A DNA stretch of 35,356 nucleotides from Halocafeteria seosinensis (Eukaryota): positions 1 through 35,356 of the forward strand of contig LVLI01000372.1 of the NCBI GenBank assembly GCA_001687465.1, written 5' to 3'. The notes below the pieces were generated by a model, which saw nothing but the letters and a program-made list of their open reading frames with translations, made no database searches and had not been told where the DNA came from. The position numbers and the translations under genes are program-made. Below, piece by piece: positions 1-11,362 of the stretch. Position 1 is the stretch's first letter. Every line of letters starts with the position of its first letter.

Positions 1-115
1 GATTTAGAAGATAGTGAATAGTCAGTAGAGAGTACGTTGTTGCACCACTCGAATTACACGCCATTTCTGTGTCTAAATCGGCTCATGTTCCATCATTGGT
101 CCACTGGCAACTGTG

Positions 116-213
116 CCCCCGAAATTTCACCATGTAGCCCCGATAAAACAAGCTGTACGGAAGAGAATCTGGCGGGGCCCCCGAAAAAACCCCCGATACC
201 GGACCCCCGAAAT
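116..213. repeat. Cluster of five dispersed CCCC(C)GA[A/T]A motifs
   Basis: Copies start at 116, 138, 178, 190 and 204; further C-runs at 216-218 and 226-229. Not a tandem array. Confidence 0.6.
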
Positions 214-514
214 ATCCCAGCTCTGCCCCAGAAGTATCCAGTTCGGTGAACTTCAACGTGGCTCAACCGTAAAAAGAGCGCCAGCTGTCTCAGCTCCAAG
301 GTGTGGGCGCAGTCGTCCACAAGGAGGTGGCATTGGGAAAGCGGTAATGGTTGGCACTCGTGGGGCTGAACTGTAATCACATGAATGCAATGAAACAGGC
401 ATAATACCACTGGTTTTCTTTTTTGTTCCTATTGCTCGTCGCAAGCGGACGGGCGGTCATTTACCGCCGATAAATTCCCAAGTTCTCCCTGTTTCCAAAG
501 TGAGACAGCGAAAA

Positions 515-3286
515 ATGGGCTGCAACGTCTCGACTCAAGGTGCGTACCACACACTCCTTGGAGATCTATTGGGGTACTTATGATACATGCGCCTGAAATG
601 CTTGCAGCCACTCAACCTGACGCTCCGGTTGCATTAGATCCCCATAAACAGGTTGTTCGAGCAAAGCATTCTGGTCAAGCGGCAGATTCTGATGGAAGAA
701 AAGTTGGAGATAACTCATCCGTCTCCTATCATGTCCATAACTGTTCCACGGGGACATCCACCAGCTTCCCCGAACCAGTCATCTACACAAGCGACGACCA
801 GCAATCGGGCACGCAGACGACTGAGACCGTGGGCCAGCAGACAGCACGAGCTGAAGAAGTTAACACTAATGTTAGTGGCGGTGCCAATAACGGAAAAGAG
901 AAAACAAAAAAGGATAAAGCGAAAGAAAGAAAACGCGTAGGTGCTGATTGAACTGACCACGGGTTGTACAACTGAGATAACAACCAATGCTCTGCTCGTA
1001 TACAGTTGCGCCGCCTGGGATACAAACATGGATTCTCCCATGACGAAAGGCCATATGCTTGGAAGTTGCTTCTGGAAGCCGACAAGCTTTACGAGGCGCT
1101 GCCTTCTCTCTACAAGGTGAGAGTCTTCATCCCATGCTCTGCCTCCTACCTGAGCCCCTGATTGGAATGCAGAATTTATTGCTATGTGGTCCTTCCTTGG
1201 ATGATGACATCATCCGCAAGGATGTAGGGAGGTACGGTGGAAATGTTTGTTTAGTTACTTTTGTAAGCGAGCTAACCCCAGTTTCCATACTGCAGGACGT
1301 TCCCCACACTTCCTGAGTTCACCTCCACTGCCCAAGCACCCTTAACAGGTCACTACCTCCCATGCCTATATCGCATACTGACGGCATATGCTAATCTTGA
1401 CTCAACAGTTGGATATTGCCAAGGTACGTCAGCGCGTCTTGAGGGTTCTGTATGGCTGTACGAACTGTATTTGTTATCCGGAAAACAGGAATGAGCTTCG
1501 TGGCCGGCTTGATACTGCTCGCGGGGCTTGAGGAAGTGGATGCTTTTTATGTGTTCCTCTCTTTGATGCTTAGGTAAGCGTCGAGTAGGAAATGTTCGTA
1601 TTTGAAGCTACTACTAACGTTTTGCGTCGTTTATGTCCCAGGCGCCATTTCGCCGGGCTCTATCAACCAAATCTGTTCTTAGTACAGCTGTGTAATGGAG
1701 TGGTGGATAGTGCATTGTCCCGTTGTTCTAAAAAGCTCAGTAGAAAGCTGTCCGAAAACAATGTCTCCGCACAGATGTATGCAACTTCCTGGTTAATGAC
1801 AGGTGCGTTTGTTGGCTGACTTGTTTGCACTCTCATGACAAGTACTTACACATTGGACGTATTGACAGGGTTTGCGCGGTCGACATTGCCCATTTCGACC
1901 ATCTTAGCAGTAATAGACGTTTTTGTCTGTGAGACTATGCCAAGTGAAAAAAAGTTTACGATTCCCAAATTCTTGGAAGAGGCGTCAACACGTTTGGAGG
2001 AATCTTTTTCCTCCGGAAACACCGAGTTATTTTTGACCACAAACTGGGAATATAGTCCAGAAGCTATAGCGGAGTATCGAAAGATGACGGATGCAGAATC
2101 ACATAACCACTCGGTTAGGCCTCCGTACACACTACTTCGGTGCACGCTTGTACTCGTCATGCAACGAAAACGACGTTTAATGCGTTGTGGTGGCATGGAA
2201 AGTTTATACCCTATGTTGGTAGACGGCACCCTCTCAGTCCTTCAAACGAGCGTGCTGTATACATTATACGTGAGTTCAAGAGGGGACACGAAAGACGAAC
2301 ATGAACAAGAAGAAACTAAAGAGCAAAACACGGCAAGACTGGAAGATTCTGCTGAACATCCCCCGGACCGTCTCAGTGTCCAAGATGATACCGAATCTTC
2401 GGACTCGTCAACTGAGAGTCCCGTAGGAGAATTGGAAGCTCCCGTTAACGGAGGAACCATCGCCAGGAAGGGCGAGCTTCCAATGCGACCACGAACAGCT
2501 CCAGCTCCAGGTCCTTCAAGGCGCCATTCAGAGCTCCCTTCTCCTCACTCCCGTGGGAACCAGAATGCACCATCTTGGAGACGGCTGACATTGCAGCATG
2601 CCTCGGCAGAGCATGATGACGAGTCCGCGCGGACTGCGCATAGCATGATCACAAGCATGGGTCTTCAATATTCGGATTCAGAAGATGAGGAAGAAGAAGA
2701 TCAAGATGAAAACAAAGATGATACTGACCATTCTCCTCCCTCACCTACTCGACGGTTTCGCTCGGGAACAATGCTTTTCTCTGTGAAGCCGTTCTCTATG
2801 AGAAAACTGTTGCGGCAACGAACGCGGCGTAAAACCGCGATAGAATTCAAGCGTAACTCTCATTTATGGAGGGATGCTCCTGGAAATGCCGGAAAAGACG
2901 AGAATGTAGAGAATCCAAGGGATCTGACCATGAACACCAGCTGTGAAGAGCCTAAGCCGTCAGTAAAACTCCCACTATTTCCCTTGGAACCATGTTCCGC
3001 TATGCCCTCGGGTGCCTCTTGGCGAGAAAACGAGAACCAAAGATACGTCTCCCGGGAAAAGGTAACGGCTTACGTCACATCGACGATGGGAAACGAGAAA
3101 ACCAATGATTCGCAGGATGAGCCCGGGTCATTGCCTGAATATTTTGATGCACTGTGTGACGGCATCCCATGCGAATCCTGGATGCTCCCAGAAAGGTTTC
3201 TCCAAATCCTGAGCTCCAACAGGTATACAATCAAGAAGGGGGACGTCTCAACAGCTCTCAAAAAGCTCAAGAACAATGGTGTTTGA
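515..3286 (+). CDS. TBC-domain Rab GTPase-activating protein with N-terminal MGCxxS acylation motif (8 exons)
   Basis: ATG 515 (MGCNVSTQ). GT-AG introns at 540-607, 937-1005, 1117-1172, 1232-1295, 1424-1488, 1574-1641 and 1803-1868 splice in frame to give the TBC hallmarks RPYAWKLLL, IRKDVGRTFP (IxxDxxR arginine finger), VGYCQGMSFVAG (YxQ glutamine finger), EEVDAFYVF and MYATSWLMT. Long acidic/Ser-rich C-terminal tail; stop at 3284-3286. Confidence 0.92.
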
Positions 3287-4038
3287 TGGTTTTCTGGCAC
3301 CGGCAGCTTCAGGGAGGTTTTCTCTGGAACAACTTCGCGAATAGGGTAACGAGCCTGGTAGTAGCTAGTTTGGTCTTATAAGGGGGCAGGAAGTATACGA
3401 TGCTTCCGCATTGGGGAAAGGGAAACACGAAACAGGCGCTCATCAACGAGCACTCACTAATGTACTTGTGCAATTGTACTCCTACTCGGTATCATACCGA
3501 TGGTATGTACATTATGCTGTAACGGTGGTAGTCAGTTTCCAGTCTGCTTTTCTACAAGCCCGGCGAATACCTACACTTTGTGTAGATGCAGCTGACGCAT
3601 CGAATAAACATTTCATGTTTTTACTCATGTTTGCCTTTCTTCACGTACAACCCAGGATTCCAGACTGAATTCCCGAAGTCCTCTGGTTTCCGCACTTCAA
3701 GCGCAGAAGCAAGGCGAACTTCGGACCGGGACGGATGACCGATAACGGTGTTGTCGTATACCATGTGACGCAGGGTTGTTTTCAGCTTGTCTTCAACGCA
3801 CATACAAAACTCGGGTCTCGCAGCAATTAATCACTGCACATGCAAAAGCGTTTGCTGTCTTGCTTCCAGAGGTTGTATAACGTGTTCCTCCGAGAATCAG
3901 TGCAGCGTGTAAGGAATTGAACCGTGCATTGTTGACCTCTCTAGGCTACTCGAGAGGTTAATTGGATTGCGCTTACGAGTTCAATAAGTGTGCCTTATCA
4001 CTTGGACGGCCGTGAAATACGTGTATATAGTGGACGAG

Positions 4039-4126
4039 GTAAGTTCGGCCTTTGGACTGGCTGTTTTCGGAGAGGTTCCTGCGCACTATGCTGGAATACT
4101 CCTATTGTCTTCTGGTTCTTGTGCAG
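4039..4126 (+). other. Probable 5'-UTR intron of the Kelch-TM-RING gene
   Basis: Strong donor GAG|GTAAGT at 4039 and pyrimidine-rich acceptor TTCTTGTGCAG ending at 4126, 34 nt before ATG 4161; length 88 nt fits the intron size range in this window. Confidence 0.5.
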
Positions 4127-4160
4127 GTATTGACACTTTCATGTCCTCCTGTAGAGCAAC

Positions 4161-6353
4161 ATGATACGCAGGAAGCTAGGCCGTCCTGGACTACTACCGA
4201 TAGTCCTCCTCTTATATGGTCTGGGTTTGCAGTTCGGAGTATGTACACATATGGGTGGATACACAGGGGATGCAGACGTGGGTATAAATTTGGATGCGTT
4301 TAAAACGATGAACAGTGGAATGGAGGGCTGGAGAGAGATCGACATGAGTGGAGGACCCTCGGCGAGACGATGGCACGTCGCCGCGACATGGCGGCAGCGC
4401 TTTATGTTGATCCACGGTGGTACGTAGTGTTTGCGGTACATACTTCCCGGGCCTTGATGCATTGAGTAACTTTCTTTCGCAGGTTGTGACGCCAGAGAAT
4501 CGTCGGCAAGTGATCTATTTATGGTATGTAACCGTTCCTTCTAGGTGGTCGATCTATTTCGAGGTCACGCTTTCCTTCCGGTCTGTTTACTGGCGCAGCT
4601 TGACGGAGCGCAAATGAAATGGTATAAACTTAAAACAGAAGGAGATATCCCTTCAAGACGGTGCCGTCATTGTGGCGCTATTGACGAAGTTTATGATAAC
4701 TTCTTCGTGTTTGGGGGCCAAAAGCACCCGGATGGCCCCTCCTACAGTGATGCCTACCTGCTAGATTTGAAGCCTCTGTTGAACAATGAAAGCCATGCTT
4801 TCTGCTCTTCTTCTGGCAATGATGTAAATGAGACTAAATTGGATATCGCGACATTGAGATGGCGGAAGATAGATCATGTAGGTGAAGAGGCTCCTGATGG
4901 CAAACACGGACTTTCTTGTGTGCTTCACGACAACTTAGCCGTGCTACTTGGGGGAACCCCAGGGTCCAACCCAATGTGGCAGGCTGCAATAAATTCCTCA
5001 GCTGCTACAGCAAGGTGGAAGCTGTCTGATGGTGACGAGTCTCCATCTCCCTTTCAAGGGCAAGCACTGCTTCTGGCGAGCAAAGACGTGTTAGAGAAGG
5101 GGTCGATTGGATCCAACATCATTTCTAGTGCCAAGCACCAAAGGTCCTTGCAACCTGAAGTGAGAGAGTGTTCATCTTGGCCAGAGTTGAGTCTTGTGTC
5201 ATTTGGTGGCATATCGCCGTCGATGACGTTTGTCAACGATCGTATAGAAAAGTTTGTAGTTAATTCAAGGAATCCTGAAAGTGGATTTATTGCAGGGGAG
5301 TGGAAACGTGTCCATGTCCAGGGTCTTGATGTTGAGAGATCTTATATGGGTGCCACCATCAGTGACTATTCACTGGTTGTCTTTGGAGGATTTTCTAGAG
5401 CTACTGACCGATTCGGGCGGGAACTGGGACTGGCATTCAGCGACCTGTTAATCTTTGTGGGGGATCGTGCAGGATTACAGAATGTGTGGTACAAACTCGA
5501 CGGAGCCGACAGTAGTTCGACTCCCGATGCTAGATTCGGTCAGTCGCTGGTGTGTCTGAACATACCTGGCCGACCCCGATTGGGCGTTGTCTTCGGAGGC
5601 TATTTTGACAGTCCATTCGGGGATGCATGGCAAATAGAGCTTCAAGACCTCAGCGTAAGTCAAGTAGAACAAAGCGACTTGGACCCTCCTGAAGTTGGAT
5701 TCCCTTTTATCAACGCGACCACATTCCTTGGAGGATTATTGGCCTCAGTGTGCGTATTCGCCATAATCTTCGGCATAACTGTTCGCCGCTGGAGCCGTAC
5801 TAACCAACTTGCTTCATTGTTTCATCCGAACACCGGTGGTACTGGGGAGGAGGATGGTACTATCCCCGCAGAGCTACTTAATGAAATCCCGACGACAGTC
5901 TATTCGAAGGATAACCCACCGTCCTCCACAGGTGGTGAAACACAACCCATGCAGCAGCCCCGTCGCCCATCCTCCTCTGGATCCGTAGCTCCAGAAGAGG
6001 CGACTCAGTCAGTGAACCACGTATCGTGGCATCAAGACACATGTACAATTTGCTACGTAGAATTCGAGGACCAGGAGGAGCTTGCCGCTTTACCGTGTGA
6101 ACACGTGTTCCATATGGATTGTATCAAGGAGTGGCTTCGTAGAAAGCCAAACTGTCCGCTGTGCAAGGCAGACACACTGACGCAACTACGAGAACAACGG
6201 CGGGATGACTCTCAGCAAAGACCCGGTTCCCAGGGAGATACGAACCATATTGAGGTGGAAGTCCGGGCGTCCAGCAGCAGCACAACTGCTTCCTCCACCT
6301 CAGTCACTACTACCACTTCGTCTACGGCCGCATATACACCGGCCGTACTTTGA
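4161..6353 (+). CDS. Type I membrane protein: signal peptide, Kelch beta-propeller, transmembrane helix, cytosolic RING-H2 (putative receptor-like E3 ubiquitin ligase), about 684 aa
   Basis: Exons 4161-4419, 4483-4523 and 4599-6353 join in frame. Hydrophobic N-terminus (LLPIVLLLYGLGLQFGVC); Kelch units (PSARRWH..MLIHGG, PSRRCRH..FFVFGG, PDGKHG..VLLGG, LVSFGG, LVVFGG, PDARFGQ..VVFGG, each followed by D/W); TM segment FLGGLLASVCVFAIIFGITV followed by RRWSR; RING-H2 CTIC..LPCEHVFHMDCIKEW..CPLC. Confidence 0.9.
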
Positions 6354-6888
6354 CTTTCAACTCACCCTAGGCATGTAGTAGGAACGAGAATAGGCTCGAT
6401 AAAAGATGTACAGCACCAGGAAGAGAGCGGAACCGTTCTTGTAGGTTGTGGAGATGCTGTGAACCAGCGGGGAATATTCGAGCTAATTGGTTATTTATTG
6501 TGTGCGTAGAGGAGAAGCGATAAGTTCTATGTACCTATTGAACGGAAAGATAGGAGCTAGACACACTTGTTTGGAAGCGTCCGCCGAAGCAACCTCTATC
6601 CAGCACACATCAAAAGGCCACACATGGTGGTGTGACCGAAATGGTCGCCTCCTCTCTGAATCAGTAAGTAGGAAATGTGCAACTTGGCTTCAAAATCCAG
6701 GAGAGGGAAGAGCCACAGGAAATGGAGGATTCATAGCGAATACCACACCACCTCTCACCTTGAAGTTCGGAGTGGAAGATCGGATGTGTATAATGGGTTT
6801 GATACAACGGAGTGCTGGTAGGATAGATGATTTTGTGTTGAGCGCACTGAAATGTTTTAGAGTAAATGAATGACGCACAACGACGTAT

Positions 6889-7615
6889 ATGTTCCAATTC
6901 TTTAGTACTCCCGTCGTGAGTAGTTGGCTTCTCAGTGGCCTTATTATATGCTCTCTTTATGTCTACATCGTCCTCAGAGACCACCTAAGGGCCAATGAAG
7001 ATGCCATCGCACGACAGAGACTCATGAGGAGTCTGCCTAAATATTCATTTCAATTGGAAGAGCCGTCGGGTACGAGTGTGAGACTTGAAGAAGTCTTCGT
7101 TGAAGGCGAACCGGATGGTGACGAGGACTATGTAAGAACCACAAACCACACTAGTTTCAATGCAAATAGCTTCTACGGCGTTCTGTACTTGCTTTCCGTG
7201 TGTACAGACCCCTGAGGAGCACGTATGCACTATCTGTTATGACTCCCTGGGAAGACGGATGGACGAGGAAGGAGTGGCGTACTTGCCATGTACCCACTGT
7301 TTCCACGTCTCATGTATCCAGCGATGGCTGAAGCAGTCAGGGAACTGTCCTATATGCAAAGCGCGAACTTCGGAACAGGACTTACGATTTGTTGTCAAAG
7401 GAAATGATTCGACATTGCTAACTCGAAAATGTGGTCGGTGCTCGAAACTGTTGGAGCAAGGGGATGCTGTGGCGCAGTTGCCTTGTAGCCATGTCCTACA
7501 CCGAAGGTGTACGACGCATCTCCTTCGACGAAGGAGTTTTCGTTGTCCGGGCTGCGATGCTGACGTGCCTACTATGCTGCAAATGATGCCTCGTGAGAAC
7601 CCTTCTGAGGTCTGA
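6889..7615 (+). CDS. Membrane-anchored protein with two RING-H2 fingers (putative E3 ligase)
   Basis: N-terminal hydrophobic helix (WLLSGLIICSLYVYIVL); intron 7132-7207 joins EDY|TPEE in frame; RING 1 CTIC..LPCTHCFHVSCIQRW..CPIC; RING 2 CGRC..LPCSHVLHRRC..CPGC. Confidence 0.88.
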
Positions 7616-8172
7616 CAATTCTATCCAGCGTTTTCAGATGATGCGATCCTTAAACAGCACGTGGAACACAATCAGGTAACAGCGATGCATTATTTGAATA
7701 TTTACTGCAAAAGCATTTTTCAGCTATCGGGAGTGCACCTGTCGGTGGTCTTTCTATAAGGAATACTCTACAATCCCTCGGAGAGAACGACAAACCATGC
7801 AGTTGGCACGTTGGCTTTTTTGTATATAAGACGCCATACAAAAAACGTCTTCTATGCTATTCCTCGGGTGCTTTGTCTGAAGTCCGCGTGGCCCACTGTG
7901 CTCCGTAGTGTCTTCCTCGTTTCAGAACGATCCTTCACTCCGTTGCTTTCTACCGTGATCCTTGTTTGTTCGATAACAATCACGAAGACTCAATTGCGTA
8001 ATTGTGAAGTCCCGTTGGAAGTATTAGCAGGGGCCCCATATTGATGCTACTACTGGGCTGGATTCCCCCGCAGTTCTTATGAGAGGACAACCACCAGCAG
8101 CGCGATGTAAGGCCGTGAGTCTGTGCCCGTCGTTTGCTTGTTGCAGCAGTGAGGACCAGTGTACATAAATTT

Positions 8173-9450
8173 TCAACTGCGATCCACGAATCGCTTTGTA
8201 GCAAAAATGGATGGATGCTCTTCGCGGCGTTTCGGTTCTGGCGCAGTCGTAGGCTTCACATATGACGAGAGCATTTGCTGGCTCACTATATCATAATCCC
8301 TGCCGCGTGTCATGGCATTTCTCTGAAAGTCTTGACGACTCTTGCTTTGCGCACACAGATACGGTTGGTTAAAGCATCGATCAAACGTTGTCGTCCCCAG
8401 CTTCAAATCTGCTCGTGAAACGGGCGGTTCCCTCCTTACTTTACTTTGCATGAGCTTTGGTTCCTGTGGCTCGCCGTTCGTCCCTGTTTGACCGGAAAGT
8501 ATATCATATCCTCGCCGGGCCATACTGATGGTATTCTTTTCAATCCTTTGCGTTCGAGCACTCTTTTGGGTGGAAGTAGTATTGCCATCAGTTTTTGGCC
8601 TTGCCGCAGGTCCCGTAATACCCTTGGGGTATTGAGTTCGCAGAATGTTTTCCCTCCTCGATTCGGTACCCATCAACCGCCGACGCTCACGGCGCGCTTT
8701 CTGGGCTGCCACCTCTTGTTCATTAAGTTTTCTACGAACATCAGGAGCTATTAAGCCAGGTACCCGTTGCTTTACAGCACAATCCCCTTTCAACACTTCA
8801 TCTTCCCCGGGCTCAGCGCTCGTAATTGGTGACCTATATCGATTTTCGTTTTCATCAAAAATTAAGAATCCACCATCATACGCTGTTTGCTTCCCTTGTT
8901 CAATTGCTCGTTTCTCCTCTTGTGTCAATGGACGTTCCGTCCTCAGTATTTCTTCTGTATCGAACGGCTCGGCTCGGTTCACTCTGTATCGACCATATCC
9001 ATCGTATCGAATACCCTTAGGCCGTCCAGTCGATACTGGTAAATCTCTCAGGCTCCTGTCCAAAAGATCACAGTCCATTGGAGTACCGAGGCGTTCTTTG
9101 TCAATATTTTTGCTTTCAATTCCAAATGCAGTTGCATTCTTGTCTTGAGGTGTCGTGATGCGGCCAGTGCCCTTCCCTTCTTCGAATTTCTCGAACGGAG
9201 CTCCAGTATGCTTGGTGTATCGCAGTGTCAGATGGCTCTTGTAAGACTGGGAAGGTTGCTGTATCATGAAAAGAAATGCAATCACAGCTCTTGTTAGTCA
9301 GCGGCGGAAGGTCGCCCAACGTACCAAGAGCTCGCGAGGGATTTCCTCCGTAGTTCTATCCAGTACGGCCGAGTAGCCTTCTCGACTGGCCGTGGCAATG
9401 GCTCGATATTCTGGCTGATCCAGAAATCGATACAAACGCGTCACGTCCAT
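8173..9450 (-). CDS. Hypothetical basic protein, about 400 aa, with repeated YDI[LV]S motif
   Basis: Exon 1 9450-9325 (MDVTRLYRFLDQPEYR..., 42 codons), GT-AG intron 9324-9259, exon 2 is the 370-aa ORF down to the stop at 8173. No family recognised. Confidence 0.75.
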
Positions 9451-9823
9451 GCTCTTGTAGGGGGGAATTCAACGATGGCAAATTAGACGACTTCCGGTAG
9501 GACGCCACTTGTTCAATTCATGCACCGGGAAGACACCCCTCAACATAAATACATATTGCCGTCTGCTTATTTCACTCATTGCACAACATCGTCATTTGGG
9601 TGGTACTGTGTGTATGGAGCAGACAGCCGGCTGGAGTTTATTTACGCGCGTTTACTGAGCCTTGTGAAGGTGCACTCGGGGATCACTTTTGATGCGCAGT
9701 GCCAGTGCGCACAGCTGGGCTCGCAGCTATGGCAGGTTGTTTTGGAAGATTTGGTGTTTTCCCCCTCCGAGCTGAGTGAGTGATCGTGTGCGTTTGTGCG
9801 TGGGCAGGTAGAAGTCAATAAAA

Positions 9824-11362
9824 ATGTCGGAAGCTTTCATAGAGGAACGCCGGAACACGTTCCTATCGAGCCTACTTCCTGATCTCCTCGGTGATACCAA
9901 GGCCATAGATGCTGCCGGTAACTCTGAAAATGGTATCTCGTCAAAGGAATTCGCGATGGAAGTGGACCAGAAAGACCCCTTCAGAAAATATCGAGACGAA
10001 TTCGAGTTCCCGGAAACAGGAGAGGAAGCCACCATACGGGAGCCCAAGAGCAGAACACTCTACTTTTGTGGCAATTCTTTGGGGCTGCAACCGAAAAGGG
10101 CCAGAGAGTATCTGAACGAGGAGCTGGATAAATGGGCCACCTATGGCGTCGAAGGACACTTTAAGACTGTAAGGCCCTGGGTGACTGTGGACGAAACTGT
10201 GAAAGACCAGATGGCGGCGGTCGTTGGAGCCAAGCCTTTAGAAGTTACCGTCATGAATAGTCTGACCGCGAATTTGCATCTTATGATGGTGCCGTTTTAT
10301 CGACCCGAAAAATCGCGCTTCAAAATACTCATAGAGGAAAAGGCTTTTCCAAGTGACTATGTAAGTGAAAAGGGAACTGAGAGCAGTGTAATGGGGACAG
10401 GAGGGCACCTTCTACTTTGTTTTTCTGAGTGCAGCAAGCGGTCTGCTCGCAGCTGCAGTTTCATGGCTATGATCCAGAAGAAGCCCTCATTAAAGTGCAG
10501 CCTCGAGAAGATGGCGCCCTGATTCTCTCTGAAGACATCGTCGACACCATCGAAAGACGCGGCGACGAGATCGCACTGGTCTTAATTGGAGGTGTACAAT
10601 ACTATACGGGGCAATTTTTCGACATTCCTTCAATTGTTCAGATGGCACATGTAAGTGAATATCGATCAAGTAGGTGACTGTGCGCAATATAATATTGATC
10701 GTAATTGCTTCTTACAGAATAAAGGTTGCAATGTTGGTATTGATCTAGCTCATGCTGTTGGAAATGTACCACTAGAGCTGCATGATTGGGGACCTGATTT
10801 TGCTTGCTGGTGTACGTACAAATACCTCAACAGCGGTCCTGGTAGCATCGGTGGTTGTTTTGTACATGAGAAACACGCAAACCGCACGGATCTTCCAAGA
10901 TTTGCGGGGTGGTGGGGTCATCAAAAAGATGACCGCTTCAAAATGGAGCATAAGTTTGTACCTTCTCCAGGAGCCGCCGGATATCAACTATCAAACCCAC
11001 CAGTTCTCGAATGCGCTGTTTTGCGTGCAAGCCTTAATTTATTCATAGAAGCAGGTGGCGTCCCTGCTTTACGGGAAAAGAGTTTGGCTCTCACATCGTA
11101 CCTCGAACTTTTACTGTCTATGAAAGTTCCAGGGATACAAATCGTCACTCCTGCCGAGAGACACTATCGCGGATGCCAACTCTCACTGAGACTCCCGGTC
11201 AACATTAAGAAAGTGTATGAGACATTGCAAAATGAAGGAATCATTGTAGACACTAGAGAGCCAGACACCATGCGAGTCGCGCCGTGCCCGCTCTACAACA
11301 GCTTCTCCGATGTCCAGCAGTTTGTGGAAATACTCGCTCAAGTCATTAGTAACGTTAAATAG
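9824..11362 (+). CDS. KYNU: Kynureninase (PLP-dependent, kynurenine pathway)
   Basis: YFCGNSLGLQPK, MNSLTANLHLMM, EKAFPSDY, GVQYYTGQFFD, DLAHAVGN, WCTYKYLNSGPG (PLP lysine), GWWGH, LSNPP, RGCQLS, RVAPCPLYN; introns 10361-10434 and 10651-10717 restore the frame. Confidence 0.97.

Noticed and set aside
37..444. Several short overlapping ORFs at the window start
   Set aside because: No recognisable motifs or consistent splice model; the ORFs stay open largely because of the GC-rich repeats.
3621..3803. Minus-strand 60-aa ORF vaguely like an integrase fragment
   Set aside because: No DDE residues or other retroelement features; similarity too weak.
6487..6873. 128-aa ORF between the two RING genes
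   Set aside because: Non-ATG start, no domain, and no convincing splice to the downstream gene.
8446..9148. Plus-strand ORFs opposite the orphan gene, and similar antisense ORFs inside BBS2, CFAP251 and the ankyrin-like gene
   Set aside because: Antisense shadows of real coding sequence.
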